IMG/VR virus record: IMGVR_UViG_3300033074_000806
Location: 66,588 to 130,587 of that record
Source of the DNA: a virus
Lineage: Duplodnaviria; Caudoviricetes
Reading direction: 5' to 3' (one strand)
Length of the DNA stretch: 64,000 nucleotides
Every line of letters starts with the position of its first letter. The first letter of the stretch is position 1. The notes below the pieces were generated by a model that saw nothing but the letters and a program-made list of their open reading frames with translations, had not been told where the DNA came from and did not search any database. The position numbers and the translations under genes were made by a program. Below are positions 11,500 through 22,374 of this stretch, in pieces.

Positions 11500-12563
11500 T
11501 GCCAGGCGATTTAAGAGTGCATAACAGAGACTTTATAGGTCCTGATAGATTAAGCAAATTACCTTGCGTAGTTTGCAATCGATTTTTAGAAAAGGTTAGT
11601 GAAAAAATTGTCATACTTAATGTATGCCAAGATGAGCAAAATCCATCGGTATGCTGGATTACATTTACTTTGAATGGGGTATTTAATTATACTCCGACAT
11701 TATCTATTTTAAAAGTAGATGAAGACGGCTCTTATAAAGATAGAAATGTAAAGGCGCCCATATTCTTATCCTATTATAGAAACACAGTAAATAGTCTACC
11801 TATAAATACTAACTGCGAAACCAAAACTTATATACTTGCGTTTGATTTCGGCACAGTTATACCTAATTTTTTAGGTGCTAGTGTAGTTGAATTTGATCTA
11901 ATAATGGATGGAATAATGCCGGATGCTCTAAATATTCCTGATTTTGCAGAGCTAACTAAGACTATTAAAGACTCCAAAGTTTGGACTAAAGGTCCAACTC
12001 CAAATCCATACAGGCTCGTTTATAGCTCTAGTAATAGTAAGCTATTTATATACTTCGATTTCAATGATAATCTACCATGCAGTTGCAATATTCAGTGCGC
12101 TTCTATATCTGGAAACCTAAATAGCATACAGTATTGTCCTGATAAGATAAGCCGAGTTACAGTTGATTATGCACAGGGTGATGATCCACAAAGTATACTA
12201 TTAAGATTCTCAGACTCTTATGGCAACTATAAGAACTTAGATATCTACCCACTAATGGGCACCACTCCAGCAACCCCATCAGTTTCAATTCTATCTAATC
12301 CAAAACGCATTGAGATTAGTATAAATAAGCGGTCAGTTAATAACTCAGCTATTGGAGATAGAACAGCCTATCAAATATGGAGGTATGACAGCTCTATCAG
12401 CTCGGCCTCCATCTGGAAAGACTGGTCGTACAGAGACCATACAACATTTGTTGACATGGACGTAATCCCAGGAAATACATATGGTTACGCTGTCCGATTT
12501 AAAGGCCAATTTGGCGAAGAATCAAAAATTTCAAACTGGGCTTCTAAGACTATACCTACATGA
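11499..12563 (+). CDS. Structural protein with C-terminal fibronectin type III-like domain
   Basis: PATPSV...YQIWR...FVDMDVIPGNTYGYAVRFKGQFGEESKISN is an FN3-type pattern. Confidence 0.6.
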   Translation: MPGDLRVHNRDFIGPDRLSKLPCVVCNRFLEKVSEKIVILNVCQDEQNPSVCWITFTLNGVFNYTPTLSILKVDEDGSYKDRNVKAPIFLSYYRNTVNSLPINTNCETKTYILAFDFGTVIPNFLGASVVEFDLIMDGIMPDALNIPDFAELTKTIKDSKVWTKGPTPNPYRLVYSSSNSKLFIYFDFNDNLPCSCNIQCASISGNLNSIQYCPDKISRVTVDYAQGDDPQSILLRFSDSYGNYKNLDIYPLMGTTPATPSVSILSNPKRIEISINKRSVNNSAIGDRTAYQIWRYDSSISSASIWKDWSYRDHTTFVDMDVIPGNTYGYAVRFKGQFGEESKISNWASKTIPT

Positions 12564-15500
12564 CATTTTATCCAGATAAGGGCCTACAAGCAGTAGAACA
12601 TTTTTTAGATGCCAGCGGCATATCCGGATCTAATACAGGCCTCCAATCTGTTGTAAATGGATTCGTTGCTCTACTCCCACAGATAGAAAGATCAGTATCA
12701 TATTTTAATCAGTGGGCAGCGATTTCTGGATGGACGATTAACAATGGACTTTCTAATCTAACAACTCTCAGAACTGACTTCACAGTCACTGGCGGGTATG
12801 TTAATAATTTGATACTAACCGGAATCACCGGCTATCAGCGATCTACCTTTGGAGGTGGATCTTGGGAAGTTTATACTCCAGAATGTTCTGGCTCAGGTAT
12901 AGGTATTACTGGCGCCACCTATCAATATTTTGCTTTATGGTCTGGTTCTCCAAACACAAAGTTCTTTTCTGGAAACGAGCCCACTAATTATCCATTTACT
13001 TTTGAGTTTGATGTTGCTTCTACATATATAACTAGTAGCAGTATAGTTGGTTATACCAGTGGTCAAAATACATTAACAGGATTGCCCAAGTTAAGCGGTT
13101 CTATTAATCATGGTATCTATATATCTAACGGAACTAATTGGGATTATTTAGAGTGTCGGCCAGATGGTATCAGATCTATCAATCATCCAGAGTTATCTAT
13201 TGGCGTTGGACTAAGCCAGCCTAAACGCTTTAGAGTAGGGATAGAAAGTAATAACCTATATATACTCTGTGAAAATGGAAGATCAGTGGCAGGCATATCA
13301 AAATTTGATACTCCTGTATACACTGGATTTGCTGATAGGCCTATATTAGCTTTTGGAGCTCCACCACATACTGGCTATAACCTATTTTCATTTACAGGTA
13401 TCTATGGTATAGTTGGGCATACTTACTGGGACAATATCAAGGTTCTCACAGGGAAGTTAGCTCTTGAGCTGCCAACTGGTCTTGAACGAATCTATACGAC
13501 TACTCAACAGTCTCTTAGAACTTCTCCGTTTTCTCCTGGATTAGCCATAAGTAAATGGCAAGATGCAGTCATACAATATGATTACTATCCTGGTGGCACG
13601 ACTATAGTCACACCAGAATATCTATTCTCTGGAGTATACATAACGGCTACTAGCTTAGCAAAGACATTAACGTCTAGTGGTGTTACAGCTAGAATAGACC
13701 TATCAACAATTCCTATTTCCAATAGTATCAATTTATTAACTGGAACATATAACTTAGATCAGCCAATAGCCGCCTACAATACTATTAGATTTAAAATAGA
13801 TCAGGTATCAACAAATGGTTCTGCTCAGGCTCCGATCGTCGACGCCATAACTGTTACTGCTAGGAAAGAGGGTGGGTTTTTAGATGCCATACCAAACTGG
13901 GCACCAAAAAATAAAAACACATCTGTTCTTTTAAAGATTAAGTCTGAAGAATTTTTAAATACTGTTCCTGATGTAGATGCCTACTCTACTTTCTATTACA
14001 GAGCGCCAGTATCCACAGGACTTATCTACGGTTCCTTTACTGATCTATCAATATTTAGTATAACAGGAAATATCCGTGGGACTGGAGAGCTATATAATTA
14101 CGGCCCATGGAACGCAGCCTTTCAAAATTATAGCTATCTAAGTGGCTATTATTTAAGCGGAACTAGTGGATCAAAGTTGTTTGGTATAAAAGAAGTCTAC
14201 AATTTTATTCCAGATCCTACGTTTGACAAGGGATTTAAGTCAGTATCAGCTCTCCCAACTTATGTATCAAGCGGCTTAAGCGGTAAAGTTTTTGGTGAGA
14301 TAGGTCAATATCTATTTTTACCTAGCGCCTATACCGGTGATGCTATAATGACTTTTGAGAAATTAAAGGTTATTAGACCCTATAGGCAAGAGTCTGATAA
14401 TATCGACTACGCCCAAAAAGTCACTATACAAAATACAACCGGCATATACAATACTAATGCTGGACTAACAATTTGGATTCCATCCGGGATATACTACACT
14501 AATCCTGTGGCCCCACAAGGCTATGTATTCTCTATGGATTTGAGAATTCTAAATGGTTCTGGTGTATATCTGACAGGTGATAATTTCTCTTCTAGTTCAA
14601 TCTATCTCGATCCTACTCACTACAGCGACTATAGACGCGCCAGCATTATACTACCAACTGGAATTGCCACAACTAATAGTTATTTAAAGCTATACGCAGC
14701 CACCGGATATAGTGGTAAGTATGAGTTTATAATTGACAATCTTTCCTTAAGACCATTCATTACAGCTAGAATAGAAGCTACTGGAGTTCCTAGTTTATAT
14801 CATACAGTTGGATCTTCTAACTTGTTACTCTTCCCAGAAGTCTTTTCAAGAGGAAAAGATTTAGCTCAGCGGGCAGCTACTGTTGTTGGAATGGATTTAT
14901 ATTTGGATAGTTATCCAACTGGTTCAAATATACTGTTTAGAAAGTTAAGGACCGCCGATAGCAAGGGAGTGACATTATCAATTAATAATGACGGCTATCC
15001 AATAGCTTCGTTTGATATAGCTCAACGCTCTTGGTATACAGGATCTATAACAGGTATCTTTGGTATAATAACTGGTGGTAATTTTGCCATCAATGATAAT
15101 ACAGACTATATCAAAAATTATACAATAACAGGTGCTAGTAAAATACCATTGGGTTATTGGAGTCATCTGGGATTTATTCACGAATCTTGGAACCATTCTA
15201 ATTATGGTATTAGAAACGTCACTGGTCATCATATACTTCCTAATCAGGCTAGTTGTAATCGAGCCTATCTAGCCATAGATGGACTTCCAGTTGCAACTAC
15301 GGATACTTGTGAATTCTGGCGTAGCTACGTTTCAACTGGAGCCCTAGGCACCGGCTATGATGCTTATAAAGATGCCACACCATTTTCTACAATGGTTGCT
15401 GACGGCACCGGCAACATAGTTATTGCCTCTGGATTGTTTTGTAAACTAGATAATGTATTTATCTCTAGACCTCCAGTCGCCGATTTAGAATCAGAAATCT

Positions 15501-17629
15501 ATATAAAGACTGCTAAAATAGGCATCCCATACTTTATGCCTGATGAGCATATTAAGCCAGGGCATAAAACACAAACAACTGGATCAACCCCTGCATATCC
15601 ATTAGGCATGCCTGGTTACGATCCATTCGCAAATAGCTATTATCTTGCTAGTTCCTTCGCTGCAAATCTATATCCATTAGATAATCCAGGACCTTATACT
15701 AACTGGGATCATGGAAATAACCGCAATCATCTTTTATTTTATGGTAGCAATGTATCTAAAGATACTAACAACCCATATAAAACTGGACTAGGCTCTACCA
15801 GATTTGGTAGTGGATCATACGCAGTTAGCCCATATAGCTCAAGTTTGGAACGAGTAATAAATGACAGTTCTTTATGGCCAGGATTAAGTCTACCATATCC
15901 TATCCCTTCTGTAGTTTCAGAAATGAAAGGCAGAATATATTTCGGCTCCTGGATATACCCAAGAACAACTGGCGAATTTATAACTATCTACAACGATCCA
16001 ACTAATAGATCAGGAAATAAGATCGCGGCATCTATAACGGATGCTAATACTATAAGGTTAATTAATTATAACTCAACAGGTCTTGCAACAGCAACTATTA
16101 CCCATGTTCCTATTGAATCAAATGGCGATTCTATAAACTTATTAAATCGCTGGACTCATTTAGGTTTCTTTTATCAGTGGAGAGCTTTTACTGGTTCTGG
16201 TGTATATAGTGCCCACATCGCTATGGACGGCGAAATAGCTGCTGCTGTTGGCGATACAATTGGAACTGGCGTTGGATTTTTATATAGCGGTAATAGTGCA
16301 ATCTATTATGGATATAACTCTGATGTTAATATGTGTGATGCTTACACATTAGTAGATCCATATAATGAACAAGAATTAATACTGTTTAATATTATTCCTA
16401 TTGTCAATTATGCTGCCTTAGCAAGCACTGGAGACAAGGGCGGATTATTCTCAAAGCTATATATAAATGATACACCATTCACTGGACTAACCGGAATAGC
16501 AAACTCACATAAGATAAATGGATTTGATTCTTATAGCATCATAGTAAATAGTAATCAAATAATTGACGATGACGATGATCTAAATATTTGGGTTGGAACT
16601 AATAATAACCAAGCAGAAGAAGTTCCAAATGTTGCAGGATTTGCACTATACAATAGTGTTCCATTTAAGTTTGCTGATAGCTATATAATGTCTTATGATG
16701 ATACTCAGGTAAACGCAAGCTTTGGAGCCACTGATTCTCCTATTAAAATTGGTAATGTCGTTCCAGAACATGCAATTAATATAGCCAGATTTGATTCGCC
16801 AGAATACTCTACAGCGGCGTCAATTTCTACTGTCGACCTATCTGATAAAAATCCCGGCAATCTTCTTGCCTATCGCGGTGGGAAATTTACACTAAATAAA
16901 ACTAATCAACATCTTACTGGAACTGTAGCTTCAGGTCTATTTAAAGGAATTAACTCCGATAGATATTCTGGCCAGATAGATGTGGTATATACTAAGCAGT
17001 CAGATACTAATAACATTAGACTTACTAGTCTAAGCGTTGCTAGCAAGGAAGGCCCCTGCGCCGAAGCTTTTTATGCTTACCTAGTTGGTAGAGGATTATA
17101 CGGAGTTCAAATACCAGACTATATGGCAAATCTGTCTGGAGTTATAACTGCAACACTATCAGGTTCTAGAGTGTCTAATTATGTTTACAATCTAGAAAAT
17201 ATTAAAAAATCGATATATGTCACAGACAATAAAGGAAAGACCGGAAGCTTATTGTGGGATGTAGTCTATAGTCCTTATAGTCCATCTGGATTAGACTTCG
17301 CCATTGCAAGTGGAATAAATATTGCTACTGATGGAATAGGGCCGACTACACATCAAACTACTTTACCTAGCGGTATCTATTCAGTAATATTGATCGTTAA
17401 TGAAATACCTAAAGAAACTATGTGGATTCAATATAGCTCTTATAGATATAGTGACGGCTCGGTAGGACCCAAAAAAGAAATAATTAATCCAATCCCTGTA
17501 ATGAGAGAACATAGAGCATTTGAAGCTGCGCTTGGCGGCCAATATAGTGTAACACCTAGTAGCGATGGTAAAGGATATGCTGTAACTATACATGGAGTTT
17601 ATAGTGGTTATAGTGGAGCTTTTGCATAA
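12560..17629 (+). CDS. Very large virion protein, 1689 aa, with LamG/concanavalin-like domains, extremely (S/T)G-rich
   Basis: IPLGYWSHLGF..LAIDG and FGSWIYP..NRWTHLGF..IAMDG LamG-like motifs; about 74 SG/TG dipeptides by hand count. Confidence 0.6.
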   Translation: MTFYPDKGLQAVEHFLDASGISGSNTGLQSVVNGFVALLPQIERSVSYFNQWAAISGWTINNGLSNLTTLRTDFTVTGGYVNNLILTGITGYQRSTFGGGSWEVYTPECSGSGIGITGATYQYFALWSGSPNTKFFSGNEPTNYPFTFEFDVASTYITSSSIVGYTSGQNTLTGLPKLSGSINHGIYISNGTNWDYLECRPDGIRSINHPELSIGVGLSQPKRFRVGIESNNLYILCENGRSVAGISKFDTPVYTGFADRPILAFGAPPHTGYNLFSFTGIYGIVGHTYWDNIKVLTGKLALELPTGLERIYTTTQQSLRTSPFSPGLAISKWQDAVIQYDYYPGGTTIVTPEYLFSGVYITATSLAKTLTSSGVTARIDLSTIPISNSINLLTGTYNLDQPIAAYNTIRFKIDQVSTNGSAQAPIVDAITVTARKEGGFLDAIPNWAPKNKNTSVLLKIKSEEFLNTVPDVDAYSTFYYRAPVSTGLIYGSFTDLSIFSITGNIRGTGELYNYGPWNAAFQNYSYLSGYYLSGTSGSKLFGIKEVYNFIPDPTFDKGFKSVSALPTYVSSGLSGKVFGEIGQYLFLPSAYTGDAIMTFEKLKVIRPYRQESDNIDYAQKVTIQNTTGIYNTNAGLTIWIPSGIYYTNPVAPQGYVFSMDLRILNGSGVYLTGDNFSSSSIYLDPTHYSDYRRASIILPTGIATTNSYLKLYAATGYSGKYEFIIDNLSLRPFITARIEATGVPSLYHTVGSSNLLLFPEVFSRGKDLAQRAATVVGMDLYLDSYPTGSNILFRKLRTADSKGVTLSINNDGYPIASFDIAQRSWYTGSITGIFGIITGGNFAINDNTDYIKNYTITGASKIPLGYWSHLGFIHESWNHSNYGIRNVTGHHILPNQASCNRAYLAIDGLPVATTDTCEFWRSYVSTGALGTGYDAYKDATPFSTMVADGTGNIVIASGLFCKLDNVFISRPPVADLESEIYIKTAKIGIPYFMPDEHIKPGHKTQTTGSTPAYPLGMPGYDPFANSYYLASSFAANLYPLDNPGPYTNWDHGNNRNHLLFYGSNVSKDTNNPYKTGLGSTRFGSGSYAVSPYSSSLERVINDSSLWPGLSLPYPIPSVVSEMKGRIYFGSWIYPRTTGEFITIYNDPTNRSGNKIAASITDANTIRLINYNSTGLATATITHVPIESNGDSINLLNRWTHLGFFYQWRAFTGSGVYSAHIAMDGEIAAAVGDTIGTGVGFLYSGNSAIYYGYNSDVNMCDAYTLVDPYNEQELILFNIIPIVNYAALASTGDKGGLFSKLYINDTPFTGLTGIANSHKINGFDSYSIIVNSNQIIDDDDDLNIWVGTNNNQAEEVPNVAGFALYNSVPFKFADSYIMSYDDTQVNASFGATDSPIKIGNVVPEHAINIARFDSPEYSTAASISTVDLSDKNPGNLLAYRGGKFTLNKTNQHLTGTVASGLFKGINSDRYSGQIDVVYTKQSDTNNIRLTSLSVASKEGPCAEAFYAYLVGRGLYGVQIPDYMANLSGVITATLSGSRVSNYVYNLENIKKSIYVTDNKGKTGSLLWDVVYSPYSPSGLDFAIASGINIATDGIGPTTHQTTLPSGIYSVILIVNEIPKETMWIQYSSYRYSDGSVGPKKEIINPIPVMREHRAFEAALGGQYSVTPSSDGKGYAVTIHGVYSGYSGAFA

Positions 17630-20600
17630 TGAATATTAATAACATAGATTTTATAAGACAGGTCTTACACTCAAGAATAACAAGACCTCAAATGACATTG
17701 GCAATCTATCCTGATATTCAGTCAGGTAGCACTAAGCCCCAGGTTAGCATCTCTTCAACTACTATTACAGTAAAGTATGGATCAACACAAGAGCAGGTCT
17801 TGTTTGTTGGTAAAAGCGTAGAACAAGTAGCCGCAGATATCAATAGAACATCTGTGCCAGTTAAGTGTGTAGCATTATCTAATAGTCTATCTTTAAGCTC
17901 AGGAGACTTTATTCAGACTAGTGGATTCCTAACTATCCCAGATGGCTTTAATGTCTACGATAGACTAACTGATAATGGAGTCGCAATTAGATCCACAAAG
18001 TGGACTGTCAAATATAATGACACGGCTAAAATAAAATTACTGCCGCCATATAACGATAGTTATACCTTGCCATGGTATCCGCGCATAAGCGTAGGAGCAT
18101 TTAGTCAGGACTACAGAGGTAGAAAGTTTAATTTCTATATTCCAGAGTATAACCTCCAAACTTGGTCGACTTTATATGGCATGCCATTTAAAGATCTTAA
18201 GTCTGCTTCAGTATCTGTTAAGGACACAAACCTATTACAGCTGCCACGATATCCAATACATTGGAATGGTGATAATTTAATATTCTATAATGATGGTTCC
18301 CCACTATCAAATTTTATTATAGAAGATATAGATATTAACAATGGTCTAGTTTATATAAAGCCAGGCTCATTTCCAAATGGAAACATTACTGTTGATTATA
18401 CCTATCTAGAAAATAACTTTATATATCCATACCTAAATATAAATGCGCACTTTAATCAAAACCCAAACCTAATAGATAAGTTTGTAGTTTTCTATTTACT
18501 ACCTGCTGAAGGAACTATAGCAGTAAAAAATAACAGAACAGTCTATCATAAAATTGCTGACAACCTCCAAGAAGCTATTGACTCTATAGAAATAGAGAAC
18601 GCTGATATTCCAATAGCTATTATTGGAGCATATTCTATACAGCAAGTTTTATCGTCTGATAGAATTACTATTCTAGATACTAGAGTATTGGGTGGTGGAT
18701 TAGTTGGAGAAGATCTAAAGAGCCCCGTTCATATAGTAGATACTGTATTTACTCTTAACAATGATTCTAAAACTAAACCAATTGAACAGACATATGACGA
18801 TGCAAAATCATTCTGGGATATTGGAAACTACGATGGAGAGCCGTATCCTGGCGCAGCATCTGTAGTCATAAAAGTTCCGGATTATCTTAAAGATGAATAC
18901 CCTCTATCCACTATAAAAGCTAAGGTATCTAAATTTCTCTCAGCTGGTGTATATCCAATAATTGACTACTATACAGAGTATACTGGTTATGTAAATGGAT
19001 TCTCAGACAACATATCTTTATTAGACAATCCAAACTTTAGTGGTAATTTTTCTGGTATCTATGGATCTTATTGGATCCCGTCTAATAGAACCATCCCAAG
19101 TGGAACTGTTCTGACTTATTGGAAAGAACCAATACAGAGTAATGTTATCGTTAAAAGCTTAGATAATACTTTCTATTTAGAATCTACGCCACATACTGGA
19201 TACTACCAAACATATTTAAAGTCTTCTCCAAAGGCTATCATAAGCTGGGAAGAGCGGTCGATACTAGCGACTGGCGATAAGTTTTCAGATTGGAAAACTG
19301 TTAGAAAGATTGACGATAGAGAAGTAACTCCAGGACACTTAGTCAAGGGATATCTAGGATTATACTCTCCCTACGAACATAAACAATACCGCGATGTATC
19401 AATTTTTTCACCCTATATTCTAAAAGACACTTCTATATTTAAAGCAGAACTAGAACAAGAGTTGCTAAGTATAATGTCTGGTGTTGTTGCTCTTGCAGGT
19501 CCTTCTGGGGAACGACCCTTAGTTGGAACTGTAACTAATATTGTTAATAATTGGACTGGTGTTGCAGATGGCTATTATGGTATGCCTGAACAGTATATAC
19601 CAGTATTGAAGTTAGCAGTAGAAAGTCCAGAGCTAATGACTACTGGCATTGCTTCTTTTGTAAACAATATTGTTTCTGGTTATTCATCTGGATATGATTC
19701 ATCTTATATTTCTAAATACTATGACCCAAGTGCTGGATCGTATTCTCAGATATCAATTAATAATCCATTTACAGTAACGCCACACTTAACTAATTTAGCC
19801 TACTGCTTAAACTATGCCAAAGCTAATTTAACTGGGCTATACCCAACCTTATATGCTGATGTCAAAAATATCTTAACCAAGCTATATGGGGTTAATATTG
19901 GTCAAACTTATATATCCCCTGAGTATTATTTAGATGGTAGTATAGATCCGGCGCAATTTGCAAGGTATCCATTAAATGTTCCGGCCTATATAGATGTAAA
20001 TCCAGTATTTGAAGATCATCGTATTACAGAATTGTTACCAAGTATAGTCTTATCTATAAAGGGATTTCCTGTATATAACACAGCTACATTAACGGGCTAT
20101 ACTGGGTTAATGCATTTGGTAACTGATACTATTAACACCGCAGTTGCAAGATTACCTAGCTCAATCTACAGTCAAAAATATAATAGCGGCGATGCAGTAG
20201 CTAATTCTTGGTATGCTCCTTTTGATCGATACGGAGAATACCTTGGAACATTATCCACTGATATCATCAAGACCTATGAGAACCTATTTAGTATCTATAA
20301 GGAAAATACTAAAGAGCCTGGCTTTACTGGGTTCTCAATCAATTATTTGATAGGATATCTTAATGGGCTTAAGACAGTATTGGATCATGGCTACTCAGGC
20401 TTTTTTGAAACTATATCTAGAGGTGGTATTCTAGATAAGAAAGTATCAAAATTATTATATGCATATGGGTGGTATGCCCATCAGGCTCTAGACGCTGAAG
20501 GGGCAATTGATAGCATCGCAAATAAGTTATTATCCGCTGACTACTCAGGATACCATACTCTCTTTATTGAAGGAATAAGACTATATACAAAGTCTATCAT

Positions 20601-22374
20601 AAGAGAAGATGGTGCCATAGCTGAAATAGATACTGTAGATCAAGATCATTTACCTGTAGAAGGAACACCTCCTTTAGAAATTTTTGATAGTTTAAAGCTA
20701 AATTATCAGAAAGAAAATGAACTTGGACTGCTGCAGGGTGTATTTACTAACACAACTGGCCAGTGGAGTTATAATGGATACTACCCTGACTCAACATTAG
20801 ATAGTAATCTTTCTGGAAACTTTGGACCACACCTAGCATCAAAGTTTATAGATATGCGAAAACCATTTACTGGATACGCCATTGATGAGTGGGAGCCTGT
20901 ATACCAGGACTATAGTAACGTTAGAGGAATTAACTTTACTCCTGTGTATACTGAGTATCTATATTTGACTCCAGAAAATCCATTCTCTGGAGCAGCCAAT
21001 ACTACTTCCCAGTGGCGATTCTTTAGAACAGGAAGCACTGATACCCAGCTTGGGTATTTACGTGGTATGGGATTTAATTCAATTAGACTTTTCTGTGGTC
21101 TTCATATGTATGAATACCATAGGCTTCTAGGTCTAACAGGCGATTCAAATCCGTTCATACAAAATTACAAACAATTTTTAACACTAGCGCAAAATAACCA
21201 TATCAAAGTTATGCCGGTGCTATTCGATGGCACGGCCCTATGCACGAATCCAACAGGAGAGCCATATAACTTCCTGTATAATTGGGTATCCATGCCGCAT
21301 TCAAGCTATAGAACAACAGCTTGGTATACAGGAACTGGTCAATACTACGTTAGAGATGTAGTAGTAGCCAGCACTGGATTTAGAAACATACTAATGTTTG
21401 ACGTAGCAAATGAAATGGATCCGGTAGCGGCGTCTGGATTAATAAGATCTACAATAGATGGTATCAAAACAATAACTCCAGATATACCAGTAACTGTAGG
21501 ATATGCTGCATCAGTCCATAGACCTGGTAGTTTCTTTACAAACTGGTCGCTATCTTATTCTGGACTAGACGTAGTTTCATACCATCCGTATGGAGTCTTT
21601 AAGGAAGTTTTTGATTCTTTTACTGATCTTGCTAAAGAATCGGCTAATGGAAAACCACTTATAATCTCTGAGTTTGGTGGTCCTACTAATGCACAGCTTC
21701 CACAGGACGTATGTTTATATGCCATAGCAACTGGTGTTGGCTACATGTTTTATAACAACGTTGTTGCGCCTCCCCACTTTAATCAGATTCTAAACAACTT
21801 AGGTGGGGTTATATTCTATGATGGCGAGATAATGAACACCAAGACAGTAGAAGAAATTCAGTCTCATGCTAGAAGACAGCGAGCACCTACTGGTTCCTTT
21901 AGACAGTATGTTCAGAAATCAAATCTAGAACCTTACGGTTTTAGTCCATTCCTGCCTACCTATTCTGGCCGAGACTTTGTTTCTTTCTTTGCCACTTGGC
22001 ATGAACAGCCATTGTTTGTAGACACTCCAGATTCACAGAAGGGTAGATTATACTTATTTAAAAAGCACCATCTGAATACTTGCTTAACTGATCTTAACTT
22101 CTTAGTCGATGGTATATATGGATTTACTGGCGCCTATGCTAGAAACTATTTTACATCTGGTGAAGAGGTAACTATAACTGGAACGTTAGCAACGTTTGCT
22201 TTAAGAGACTTACTTGGCGTCAGTGGAATTTCATCTTCAACGCCAGCGTGGCTGTATGATACAGACTATACTCCCTATACTGTTATAGATTGGGGCGCAT
22301 ATGATTCTTTATTCTCAGGCATGGCAGATACTCTTTATGGTTTTATAACTGGTAAAAATTTCACATATATCTAA
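17629..22374 (+). CDS. Large virion protein, 1581 aa, with C-terminal clan GH-A (GH5-like) glycoside hydrolase domain
   Basis: VRGINF, GMGFNSIRLF, KVMPVLFD, MFDVANE (acid/base), DVVSYHPY, KPLIISEFG (nucleophile). Confidence 0.7.
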   Translation: MNINNIDFIRQVLHSRITRPQMTLAIYPDIQSGSTKPQVSISSTTITVKYGSTQEQVLFVGKSVEQVAADINRTSVPVKCVALSNSLSLSSGDFIQTSGFLTIPDGFNVYDRLTDNGVAIRSTKWTVKYNDTAKIKLLPPYNDSYTLPWYPRISVGAFSQDYRGRKFNFYIPEYNLQTWSTLYGMPFKDLKSASVSVKDTNLLQLPRYPIHWNGDNLIFYNDGSPLSNFIIEDIDINNGLVYIKPGSFPNGNITVDYTYLENNFIYPYLNINAHFNQNPNLIDKFVVFYLLPAEGTIAVKNNRTVYHKIADNLQEAIDSIEIENADIPIAIIGAYSIQQVLSSDRITILDTRVLGGGLVGEDLKSPVHIVDTVFTLNNDSKTKPIEQTYDDAKSFWDIGNYDGEPYPGAASVVIKVPDYLKDEYPLSTIKAKVSKFLSAGVYPIIDYYTEYTGYVNGFSDNISLLDNPNFSGNFSGIYGSYWIPSNRTIPSGTVLTYWKEPIQSNVIVKSLDNTFYLESTPHTGYYQTYLKSSPKAIISWEERSILATGDKFSDWKTVRKIDDREVTPGHLVKGYLGLYSPYEHKQYRDVSIFSPYILKDTSIFKAELEQELLSIMSGVVALAGPSGERPLVGTVTNIVNNWTGVADGYYGMPEQYIPVLKLAVESPELMTTGIASFVNNIVSGYSSGYDSSYISKYYDPSAGSYSQISINNPFTVTPHLTNLAYCLNYAKANLTGLYPTLYADVKNILTKLYGVNIGQTYISPEYYLDGSIDPAQFARYPLNVPAYIDVNPVFEDHRITELLPSIVLSIKGFPVYNTATLTGYTGLMHLVTDTINTAVARLPSSIYSQKYNSGDAVANSWYAPFDRYGEYLGTLSTDIIKTYENLFSIYKENTKEPGFTGFSINYLIGYLNGLKTVLDHGYSGFFETISRGGILDKKVSKLLYAYGWYAHQALDAEGAIDSIANKLLSADYSGYHTLFIEGIRLYTKSIIREDGAIAEIDTVDQDHLPVEGTPPLEIFDSLKLNYQKENELGLLQGVFTNTTGQWSYNGYYPDSTLDSNLSGNFGPHLASKFIDMRKPFTGYAIDEWEPVYQDYSNVRGINFTPVYTEYLYLTPENPFSGAANTTSQWRFFRTGSTDTQLGYLRGMGFNSIRLFCGLHMYEYHRLLGLTGDSNPFIQNYKQFLTLAQNNHIKVMPVLFDGTALCTNPTGEPYNFLYNWVSMPHSSYRTTAWYTGTGQYYVRDVVVASTGFRNILMFDVANEMDPVAASGLIRSTIDGIKTITPDIPVTVGYAASVHRPGSFFTNWSLSYSGLDVVSYHPYGVFKEVFDSFTDLAKESANGKPLIISEFGGPTNAQLPQDVCLYAIATGVGYMFYNNVVAPPHFNQILNNLGGVIFYDGEIMNTKTVEEIQSHARRQRAPTGSFRQYVQKSNLEPYGFSPFLPTYSGRDFVSFFATWHEQPLFVDTPDSQKGRLYLFKKHHLNTCLTDLNFLVDGIYGFTGAYARNYFTSGEEVTITGTLATFALRDLLGVSGISSSTPAWLYDTDYTPYTVIDWGAYDSLFSGMADTLYGFITGKNFTYI

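Noticed and set aside
3105-17629. Collagen-like Gly-X-Y repeats as the source of TG/SG enrichment
   Set aside because: The motifs are irregularly spaced within globular domains; there are no sustained triplet runs.
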